64,000 nucleotides of DNA, from assembly GCA_001303025.1 (NCBI GenBank), contig LJNK01000004.1:1516-65515 (forward strand). The letters run 5' to 3'. This document shows positions 56,751 to 64,000 of the stretch, one piece after another. The notes below the pieces were generated by a model. It was not told the origin of the DNA, searched no databases, and saw nothing but the letters and a program-made list of their open reading frames with translations. The stretch's first letter is position 1. The number at the start of each line of letters is the position of its first letter. This DNA is from Deltaproteobacteria bacterium SG8_13. Its GTDB lineage: Bacteria; Desulfobacterota; Desulfobacteria; Desulfobacterales; SG8-13. The position numbers and the translations under genes were made by a program.

Positions 56751-58217
56751 ATGCCCGATCATAAGCGCAGCATAAAATGGATTGGCCGATTTGCCCGCCC
56801 CGGATCGCAGTCGCGCAGGCGGCGATTGCGGTTGCCGTTGGCAGTGATATTGGCTGCACTCACCCTGGCCGTTTCATGGGCTCAGGACCAGGAGACGGGC
56901 ATCATACTCGTCGACCGGCTCAACCTGCGGCCGGAACCCGGCACCCACTTACCGCCGATCACAACCCTGAAAAAGGGGGAAGAGGTGCAAATTATAAAGC
57001 GTGAAAACGGATGGTTGCACGTTCTTCACGCAGACGGCGAAGGGTATATCCAGCATCGCGATAGCTACGTTCACATCGTCGGCGGGGCACCGGAAAAAGC
57101 CGGCAGCAAGTCGGTGGCAGAAACGGACAGCCGCCTTGAGCGCTACCGGCAGGAAGCCGAAAAACTCGACGAGGAAATCGAACAAACCCGCGAGCAGGTG
57201 CGCCAGGCCACGGATCAAGAGGTCGATATCCTCACCAATCTGAACCGTATCGACGTTAGAATCAACAAAGCCAACCGGCGCATCACATCGCACCGCTCGC
57301 GCCTCAAAGCCCTGGAGAAGAAGATCCAGGCCAACCGCGAAGCTCACAAAGAGCTGGTGAAAGAAATCGACGTCAACGAAGCATACGCCGCCAGACGCCT
57401 GGTTGCCCTCTACAAAATGAGCCAGCTGGGGACCATTCAGTTTCTGGCCTCATCTGATTCCATCTATGAAATGCTTCAGCGCAAAGCATACCTGGAAAAG
57501 CTGCTCGCTCACGATGAAGCCATCCGAAAAGAACTGGCCGAGGATCGCTCCCGGCTCAAACAGGTCTTGGACAACCTGAACGAACAAAAAGTAGACCAGC
57601 GCAAGATTGAAACCGATATCGAAGGAGAGCTTCGCACGCTGTCGGACAGAAAAAGAGAACGCGTCGCGGTGTTGAGCAAAATCCGCACCACCAAGACCGC
57701 CCACCTGGAAGCTCTCGATTCGCTGCAAAAGGTTGCCGAAACCCTCCAGGAAACCATCGATACCCTGACCCGGGAGGCCGAGGCACTCCCGCAGAACGTT
57801 TCGATCCATTCTTTTGAAGAACTCAAGGGCTTGCTTAAAATGCCCGTAAAGGGTAATATTATAAACTTATTCGGTCCGTATCAGGACACCCGTTTCGATG
57901 TCACGGTTTTTCGCAGCGGCATCGACATCAAAACCCGGCCCGGATCGACCATTCAGACCGTTTATACCGGACGCGTTCTTTACGCGGACTGGTTTAAGGG
58001 ATACGGTAACATGATGATCATCGATCACGGTGGCAATTACTACACCGTGTACGCTCACCTTCAGCAGATGTTCAAACGTAAAGGCGACCACGTCAATACC
58101 GGAGAAGATATCGCCACGGCGGGTGACACGGGATCGCTTATCGGACCGGCACTGCATTTCGAAATACGCCACCACGGAAAACCGCTGGACCCGATGCAGT
58201 GGATCGATGCCGGCTAA
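56751..58217 (+). CDS. EnvC-like murein hydrolase activator: SH3b domain, coiled coil, degenerate M23/LytM domain
   Basis: SH3b-like LVDRLNLRPEPG...GWLHVL. About 250 aa of coiled coil. The LytM domain lacks HxxxD (RSGIDI) and has LHFEIRHHG. Confidence 0.8.
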   Translation: MPDHKRSIKWIGRFARPGSQSRRRRLRLPLAVILAALTLAVSWAQDQETGIILVDRLNLRPEPGTHLPPITTLKKGEEVQIIKRENGWLHVLHADGEGYIQHRDSYVHIVGGAPEKAGSKSVAETDSRLERYRQEAEKLDEEIEQTREQVRQATDQEVDILTNLNRIDVRINKANRRITSHRSRLKALEKKIQANREAHKELVKEIDVNEAYAARRLVALYKMSQLGTIQFLASSDSIYEMLQRKAYLEKLLAHDEAIRKELAEDRSRLKQVLDNLNEQKVDQRKIETDIEGELRTLSDRKRERVAVLSKIRTTKTAHLEALDSLQKVAETLQETIDTLTREAEALPQNVSIHSFEELKGLLKMPVKGNIINLFGPYQDTRFDVTVFRSGIDIKTRPGSTIQTVYTGRVLYADWFKGYGNMMIIDHGGNYYTVYAHLQQMFKRKGDHVNTGEDIATAGDTGSLIGPALHFEIRHHGKPLDPMQWIDAG

Positions 58218-58250
58218 CACTATTACAGGTCGTACAAGGAGTCCCTATAC

Positions 58251-59612
58251 ATGTCAAAATTGAAAAAAAGCCCCGTCAAGCTGTGGCTGGTTGTAGCCGT
58301 ATCGGTGGCCTTCTGGACCTTAGGAGCCGGATTCAACCGGCAGCTGTCAGCAGACAGCGACGAGACCTACAAGGGGCTGAAGCTGTTTTCGGAGGTTATA
58401 GAGCTCGTTCAGAAAAACTACGTCGACGAAGTCGATTCCCAGGATCTCATAGAAAAAGCGATCCAGGGAATGGTCCGTGGTCTCGATCCGCACTCTTCGC
58501 TTCTGCCGCCAGAAGCATTTGAAGATTTGAGCATCGACACCAAGGGAGAATTCACCGGAATCGGTATCCACATCACCATGCGAGATGGGTTCGTAACGGT
58601 CATCTCTCCCATCGAGGGGACGCCGGCTTACAAGGCCGGTATCGAGGCCATGGACAAGATCATCAAGGTGGATGGAAAACCGGTGAACGAGCTTCGCGAA
58701 GCGGTCAACATGATGCGCGGGCCTAAAGGAACCGAGGTAACCGTTACCATCGTCCGCGAGGGGGCTGCCGACCCGATCGAGTTCAAGTTGATCCGTGACG
58801 TCATTCCCATTGAAAGCGTTCGGGCCAGCGTTCTCAAGCCCGGTTACGGATACATCCGGATCACGAATTTCAACAGCGGCACCACGGATGACCTGAAAAA
58901 GGAGTTGAAAACACTCGAGTCCGGCGACACACCCCTCAAGGGCCTCGTGCTCGACCTGCGCGACAACGGCGGGGGCCTGCTGGACCAGGCCATCAAGGTG
59001 ACCGACCTGTTTTTGGATGAAGGCCTGATACTTACCATAAAGGGGCGTTCGAAGAGAAACAGCAAGCAGTTCAAGGCCCAGCCGAATCAGATCGAGCGTA
59101 AATACCCCATCGTCGCCCTCATCAACGGTGGCAGTGCCAGTGCCTCTGAAATAGTGGTGGGCGCTTTGCAGGATCAGCGCCGAGCCCTCGTTCTGGGAAC
59201 CACCTCTTTTGGCAAAGGTTCGGTGCAGACGGTCGAAACCCTGCGCGACGGATACGGTCTGAAGCTAACCATCGCACGCTACTACACACCCAACGGCCGC
59301 AGCATTCAGGCCAAGGGAATTGAACCCGACGTGGTGGTGAAAAAACGATTTCTGGACGAAGAAGACCTGCAGGAAGGTGACGATGGCAGGCTGAAAGAAA
59401 AGGATCTCAAAAACCATCTGGAGGCGATGCCGGAAGACAAAACCGACGACAAGCAGCCAGAAAAAAAGAAGACGCCCAAAACCTCGCGGCAGAAAGAACT
59501 CGAACTGCGGCACGGGCCGCTGACCGCCGAAAAGCTCAAAATCGACTACCAGGTGCAGCGAGCGCTGGAAATTCTCGTCAGCTTCGACGTGTTCAAGAAT
59601 TTAAAAGGATAA
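58251..59612 (+). CDS. ctpA: S41-family carboxy-terminal processing peptidase
   Basis: PDZ domain followed by GLVLDLRDNGGGLL and SASASEIV motifs. Confidence 0.9.
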   Translation: MSKLKKSPVKLWLVVAVSVAFWTLGAGFNRQLSADSDETYKGLKLFSEVIELVQKNYVDEVDSQDLIEKAIQGMVRGLDPHSSLLPPEAFEDLSIDTKGEFTGIGIHITMRDGFVTVISPIEGTPAYKAGIEAMDKIIKVDGKPVNELREAVNMMRGPKGTEVTVTIVREGAADPIEFKLIRDVIPIESVRASVLKPGYGYIRITNFNSGTTDDLKKELKTLESGDTPLKGLVLDLRDNGGGLLDQAIKVTDLFLDEGLILTIKGRSKRNSKQFKAQPNQIERKYPIVALINGGSASASEIVVGALQDQRRALVLGTTSFGKGSVQTVETLRDGYGLKLTIARYYTPNGRSIQAKGIEPDVVVKKRFLDEEDLQEGDDGRLKEKDLKNHLEAMPEDKTDDKQPEKKKTPKTSRQKELELRHGPLTAEKLKIDYQVQRALEILVSFDVFKNLKG

Positions 59613-59646
59613 ATTTTTTCTGCGAAAAAATTTATAAAATGCTCCA

Positions 59647-60624
59647 TTGACGCGCAGAAAGACAAAACGGCGGAAAAAGAACAAGAGAAAATCCCGCAGA
59701 CGGAACCCGCTTGCCATTTCCGCAATGAAAATCGGCATCGGCCTGACCGCCCTGATCCTGCTGGTCGTCACGGCCGGTGTACTTACCCACCGGTACATGC
59801 TTCGCAGGCAACCGGTACCAGAGCCTTCCACCGCCGCACCGGACATCTTATCCCGGCAACCTTCTGAACCGACGCCACTTTACGAGGTTTTTCCAGAGGA
59901 GCCTGCGCCGGAACCGGAGTTGTCCCCACCGTCCCCGCCGACAGTGGTCGATCGCCAGCCCAGGGTGGCCATCATCATCGATGATCTTGGCTACGATCGG
60001 CGCATCGCCCGGCGATTCCTGGAACTCGACACCGAGTTTACCTTTTCGGTGCTTCCGCACACGCCATACACCCGCGCCATTTCCCGGGAGGTGCAGGAAA
60101 AGGGGCGCGAGCTGATCCTTCACCTGCCCATGGAACCGAACGAGTACCCCCGCATCAATCCCGGCCCCGGCGCGCTGCTGACCTCTATGGCCCCGGACGA
60201 GCTCATCGAGCAGCTGCGCGACAATCTGGCGTCTGTGCCGGGAATCAAAGGGGTTAACAGCCACATGGGATCGCGGTTGACCGCGAAAACGGACCAGATG
60301 AACCAGATCTTTTCGATCCTCAAGCAGCAGAATCTCTATTTTGTGGACAGCCGCTCCACTTCCCGGACCCGCAGCCGGTCATCTGCAAAATTGCTGCAGG
60401 TCCCCTTTGCCGAACGGGATGTTTTTATCGACCACGTGCAGGATCCGGATTTCATCCGCAACCAGTGCCGCTTGCTGATTCGTATTGCCAGGAAAAAAGG
60501 GGTTGCCGTCGGAATCGCCCACCCGTACAAGACCACCTACCGGGTGCTGCTGGAGATGCTGCCCGAGCTGCAGAAAGAGGTCCGGTTGGTGCCGGCCTCG
60601 CAGATCGTCGGCGTGATCGGTTGA
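59647..60624 (+). CDS. divergent polysaccharide deacetylase family protein (YibQ-like)
   Basis: Basic N-terminus plus a TM helix. Motifs VAIIIDDLGY, HLPMEP, NSHMGS, IAHPY. Confidence 0.8.
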   Translation: MTRRKTKRRKKNKRKSRRRNPLAISAMKIGIGLTALILLVVTAGVLTHRYMLRRQPVPEPSTAAPDILSRQPSEPTPLYEVFPEEPAPEPELSPPSPPTVVDRQPRVAIIIDDLGYDRRIARRFLELDTEFTFSVLPHTPYTRAISREVQEKGRELILHLPMEPNEYPRINPGPGALLTSMAPDELIEQLRDNLASVPGIKGVNSHMGSRLTAKTDQMNQIFSILKQQNLYFVDSRSTSRTRSRSSAKLLQVPFAERDVFIDHVQDPDFIRNQCRLLIRIARKKGVAVGIAHPYKTTYRVLLEMLPELQKEVRLVPASQIVGVIG

Positions 60625-60682
60625 GGAAAACCATACAGCCGCACCGGTGCGTTTTCCGGATATTTGGCAGGAGAAAAGGAAA

Positions 60683-60711
60683 GGCAGGGGAACCGTGCAT
60701 CCCTGCCTTTT
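60683..60711 (+). terminator. rho-independent terminator, sequence-related to the one at 39996
   Basis: GGCAGGG-N11-CCCTGCC followed by TTTT. The flanks AAAAGGAAAGGCAGGG...GCATCCCTGCCTTTT are shared with 39986-40026. Confidence 0.65.
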
Positions 60712-60746
60712 GTCAATTTCTGTGCCGCGTTGAGGAAGACGACCAG

Positions 60747-61028
60747 TTATGGAGTTACCTGATAACGATTCGCCTGCTCGCCGAACAGGTCTGCAACGTC
60801 AACAAAACAACCTGAATCATCGGATGAGCACTCATACGATTGCGCACCGGCAGGGATACACCTCTTGTCATTCGGATCGCTGACATTAACGCCGCAGTTG
60901 TTGCTGTCACAGTCGGCATCCTGTGTACACGGCTCGCAGATACCGGCTGCTACTACCAGCGACGGCAAAAACAGTCCCAACGCCAATATACACACCAACC
61001 CACCGAAGATTTTACTAGCTGTTCCCAT
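60747..61028 (-). CDS. small secreted Cys-rich protein
   Basis: Signal peptide, then 7 Cys in about 45 aa (CEPCTQDADCDSNNCG...KRCIP...YECSSDDSGC). Confidence 0.45.
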   Translation of the reverse strand: MGTASKIFGGLVCILALGLFLPSLVVAAGICEPCTQDADCDSNNCGVNVSDPNDKRCIPAGAQSYECSSDDSGCFVDVADLFGEQANRYQVTP

Positions 61029-61404
61029 CCCCTTTCCTCCTCTCTGGTCTGGCGGGGCCCGTTTCAGATCCGGCAGGTTTGGACCCCGTGAGTGGCGATA
61101 TTCGGCAAGCGTCTGCTCAAATCTTGTTTCTGCGCGCAGTCAACTGCCTGCTATCACCGGAGTTGCTCCCCATTTTGCGCATGGCGCCACTTTAGCGAAT
61201 GCATACGTGGCAGGCCGTGTATGCCTGTGTGCATATAACAGCATACGAAACCGCAGGTTGTCAATAAGCCTCAAGAAATACCGGCAACTGTATCAATCGC
61301 GCAAGTGATGCGAAGGTGTGTCGGTGTATTGGAGAGGAGCAAAAGTGTTATCCCGGGGCAAACCGAGCAGCGCATGGTAGAACACCGTGCATGATAGGGG
61401 TGAC

Positions 61405-62028
61405 TCAGGATGCTGGGGTGCGGCCCCGGAGGTGCCCGGCAATCTCCTGGACGGTCTTTTCCACGGAAGACCGGCCCCTGTCGATGACCAGATCATAGAG
61501 CTGGGGGTCTTTCCAGTCGGCATTGAAAAATTGCCGGATATACTGCTCGGCGTTGCGTTCCTGCTCATCGACTGCTGCTCGGGCTGCCTGGAAATCGACA
61601 TGGAGCTGCTGCATGGCAGCCTCGATCTTCGCATTCCGGTCGAGCTGCAAAAAAACGTGCGTTGTGTTCGGCCGGTCTTTCAGAATGCATTGGGCGCCCC
61701 AGTCGTGAATCACCACGTTGCCGGCGGCATGCAGTTTTTCCACCAACGCGGTGGCAGTGTCGTGAAAATCCCTGTCATCGAGGCAGCCGTGTTCTCGGTC
61801 GACCACCTTTTGAACCAGCGAACAAGTATAGCGGTCCATCAACCGAATGAGCCGCGACTGCGAGGCCTTGCGGAACACCTCGACTTCGCTTTCAGACAAG
61901 TGCAACTGCGCGGCGATCTCGCGTTGCAACTCATCTCCAATGTGTTCATATTCCATCGTCTCGGCCAGCTGTCGGACCACATCGCCGGCCGCGGTACCAT
62001 ATTCGCCGGTGACGGTAATCGTTTCCAT
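61405..62028 (-). CDS. cytidylate-kinase-like family protein (degenerate P-loop)
   Basis: ITVTGEYGTAAGDVVRQLAE occupies the P-loop position. Overall layout resembles the Cytidylate_kin2 family. Start METITV follows AAGGAGA. Confidence 0.55.
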   Translation of the reverse strand: METITVTGEYGTAAGDVVRQLAETMEYEHIGDELQREIAAQLHLSESEVEVFRKASQSRLIRLMDRYTCSLVQKVVDREHGCLDDRDFHDTATALVEKLHAAGNVVIHDWGAQCILKDRPNTTHVFLQLDRNAKIEAAMQQLHVDFQAARAAVDEQERNAEQYIRQFFNADWKDPQLYDLVIDRGRSSVEKTVQEIAGHLRGRTPAS

Positions 62029-62203
62029 AGGTGTCTCCTTGAATAACAACGTCGTTGCACGCCGACTGTGCGTCGCGATGCTCACGGACGATATAATAAT
62101 CACTTTCGTTCCAAACGCCAGCCGATAGTGATCGTTGACCGTCAAACCGGTTTCCAGTATGAAAGGTAGCCATCAGGCAACAACCGTCAGGTGAGGATCT
62201 CAC

Positions 62204-62779
62204 ATGAAAAAGAAGCTCGAGCCGATCAACGTTCTCTATCCCACGCCAGCGGTTCTGGTCGGGGCGGTGGTAAACGGTCGACCCAACATCATCACCATCG
62301 CCCACATCGGCATTGTCAACCACGCCCGCCCCTTTCTGATTTCCCTGAGCATGGGCAAGGCTCATTACACCAACGCCGGGATCAAAGAAAACAAAGCCTT
62401 CAGCGTCAACATCCCGTCGGAAAACCTGGTTGCCGAAACCGATTATGCCGGCCTGGTAACTGGAAAGAAAGTCGACAAGAGCAGGCTTTTTGAACTGTTC
62501 TACGGTGAACTGGAAAACGCGCCGATGATCTCCAGCTGCCCGGTCAACATGGCCTGCCGCCTCCACGACATTTACGACACGCAGACGCACGATCTGTTCA
62601 TCGGCGAAATCGTCGAAACCTATGCAGACGAATCGGTTCTTGCTCGAACGGTGGTAGACATATCCAGGGTCAAGCCGCTGCTGTTTGACATGAGCAGCAA
62701 GAAATACTGGTCCCTGGGACCGGCCCTTGCAGATTGCTGGCGGGTGGGGATGACTATCAAAAAGAAAAACCGGGGCTGA
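62204..62779 (+). CDS. flavin reductase-like FMN-binding protein
   Basis: N-terminus LYPTPAVLVGAVVNGRPNIITIAHIG is typical of the flavin-reductase-like fold. Confidence 0.8.
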   Translation: MKKKLEPINVLYPTPAVLVGAVVNGRPNIITIAHIGIVNHARPFLISLSMGKAHYTNAGIKENKAFSVNIPSENLVAETDYAGLVTGKKVDKSRLFELFYGELENAPMISSCPVNMACRLHDIYDTQTHDLFIGEIVETYADESVLARTVVDISRVKPLLFDMSSKKYWSLGPALADCWRVGMTIKKKNRG

Positions 62780-62782
62780 AAC

Positions 62783-64000
62783 ATGGCAGCGCGTATCCGT
62801 TGGGTGAAAACCCACTGCGGCCGCATGGATCACGGCGGTTGCGCTTTGATTGCAGGCGTGAAAGACAACCGGATCGTCCAGATCAAGGGGGATCCCCAAG
62901 GGAGACTCAACCGCGGCTACCTTTGCCCGAAAGCAGTGGCGTCGCCTGACCGCCTGAACCATCCCCTGCGCCTGAGAAAGCCCCTCCGCAGACGCGGCGA
63001 GCGGGGTGCGGGCAAATGGGACCCGATCACCTGGCCCCAGGCCATTTCCATCATCTCCGACAATCTGCTGCGGATTCGCTCCCGTGAAGGCGCACGGGCG
63101 GTGGCGTTCTGCCAAGGTATGCCCAAGGGGCTGGAGCATTTCGCCATGATCCGCCTGGCAAATCTGTTCGGTTCTCCCAACGTGGCCGCCGTTCAGGACG
63201 TCTGCCATGCCCCCCGGGAGATCAGCGGGGTTCACACCTGCGGATTTTACCCGGTCGCGGACTTTGATCATCAGTCCCAGCTGGTGATGCTGTGGGGCAG
63301 CAACAGCACCGATACCAACGAAGAGGGCCAGATCTGCAGCCGGTTGCTGAACCGCATCCAGCAGGGCAGCGAGCTGATCGTCGTCGATCCGCGCAAAACC
63401 GAGCTCGCCCGGCGGGCAACGCATTGGCTTCCTCTCAGGCCGGGTAGCGATATTGCTCTGGTGCTGGCATTTTTGCACGTCGTGATCATCGAAAACCTGT
63501 ATGACCACGATTTTGTAAAGCAGTGGACCTATGGATTCGAAACGCTGGCCGAGCAAATCGACGAATACGCGCCTGAAGTTGTGTCGGAGATCACCCGCAT
63601 CCCGGCACAGGATATCCGGGCAGCCGCCCGCGCCTATGCCAACGCCCGCCCGGCAACGATCGGCTGGGGCAATGCCCTGGAACAAAACCGGCACGCCTTT
63701 CACACGGCCCGAGCCCTGGTTTGCCTGATGGCGGTCTGCGGCAACCTGGACGTGCCCGGCGGAAACATCCAGGCTCTCGATCCACCGGTACAGGGTCTGC
63801 GTCAGTTTGTCCAGGCGGACCGACTTCCGGAAAAAAAGAAAGATATGATTCACGCCCGGCAGGGAACCCTGCGCGGCCTGATGACGGTTCCGCCCTCCCT
63901 GCTGAAACGGGCCATTCTGGATCACATCCCCTACGCGGTCAGCGGTGCGTACATGCAGGGTACCAATCCGCTGCTGACCTGGGCCGATAGCCGCCAGACC
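62783..64000 (+). CDS. molybdopterin (bis-MGD) oxidoreductase catalytic subunit, 3' end beyond the window (not in the ORF track)
   Basis: My own translation of frame 2 from ATG 62783 is open to the window end: MAARIRWVKTHCGRMDHGGCALIAGVKDNRIVQIKGDP...GYLCPKA...VQDVCHAPREISG...LIVVDPRKTELA...LPLRPGSDIAL. These are MopB-family motifs. Confidence 0.8.
   Translation, partial: MAARIRWVKTHCGRMDHGGCALIAGVKDNRIVQIKGDPQGRLNRGYLCPKAVASPDRLNHPLRLRKPLRRRGERGAGKWDPITWPQAISIISDNLLRIRSREGARAVAFCQGMPKGLEHFAMIRLANLFGSPNVAAVQDVCHAPREISGVHTCGFYPVADFDHQSQLVMLWGSNSTDTNEEGQICSRLLNRIQQGSELIVVDPRKTELARRATHWLPLRPGSDIALVLAFLHVVIIENLYDHDFVKQWTYGFETLAEQIDEYAPEVVSEITRIPAQDIRAAARAYANARPATIGWGNALEQNRHAFHTARALVCLMAVCGNLDVPGGNIQALDPPVQGLRQFVQADRLPEKKKDMIHARQGTLRGLMTVPPSLLKRAILDHIPYAVSGAYMQGTNPLLTWADSRQT

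Noticed and set aside
61946-63925. 659-aa ORF on the minus strand
   Set aside because: It is antisense to the flavin reductase and molybdopterin oxidoreductase genes, whose plus-strand translations carry clear family motifs. It is a shadow ORF.
1-64000. Search for CRISPR arrays, transposases, integrases, prophage genes, tRNA/rRNA genes and classical defence systems
   Set aside because: None were recognised. The window reads as conserved core chromosome with housekeeping operons. The non-standard signals are small RNAs, repeats and gene-context oddities rather than a mobile island.

Overview
This is 64 kb of GC-rich, densely coding chromosome. It looks like core genome of a sulfate-reducing Desulfobacterota (Desulfobacterales-like) organism, because a complete dsrMKJOP operon lies at 4.9-10.0 kb on the minus strand. 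All calls come from reading the supplied ORF translations and the DNA by eye for motifs. No database search, HMM or folding program was run, so family names are motif-level recognitions and many start codons are approximate.

Gene content in order:
- MacA/MacB-type efflux operon, truncated at the 5' window edge.
- DUF318/SO_0444-type permease interrupted by one in-frame TGA.
- dsrMKJOP.
- Six-gene envelope lipoprotein cluster (LpoB-like, COG3014-like, three LPP20/FlgP-like proteins, trypsin-like protease).
- Kinase-like plus ICMT-like gene pair.
- A 716-bp AT-rich intergenic region.
- Radical-SAM enzyme, methyltransferase and DEAD-box helicase.
- Same-strand run moeA, moeA-PBP fusion, archease, rtcB, uppP, phosphomannomutase.
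- Second MacAB-like operon with two permeases.
- A 943-aa FAD/Fe-S oxidoreductase.
- A 6-kb island of stand-alone PilZ proteins interleaved with long intergenic regions.
- AGPS-like, glpD and MFS genes.
- dnaJ, queD, pyrE.
- tolC-like, ftsE, ftsX, envC-like, ctp, yibQ.
- Small Cys-rich secreted protein, cytidylate-kinase-like protein, flavin reductase.
- A molybdopterin oxidoreductase running off the 3' edge.

I recognised no rRNA, tRNA, CRISPR, transposase, integrase or phage genes.

Observations most worth a second look:
1. A candidate selenocysteine codon replaces the first Cys of the permease CSCG motif, with a SECIS-compatible hairpin downstream.
2. Several promoter/terminator-bounded small-RNA candidates exist. 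Two unlinked ones share the same module: hairpin, then single-stranded CCUCCUUUCA (a 16S anti-SD mimic), then an intrinsic terminator.
3. A 17-bp motif GTTCAA-N5-TRAACY occurs three times at exactly 74-bp phasing.
4. The PilZ island includes a shared Arg-rich DRR-repeat module.
5. A tolC-like gene is translationally coupled to ftsEX-envC.
6. A non-flagellar FlgO/FlgP-like lipoprotein cluster is present.
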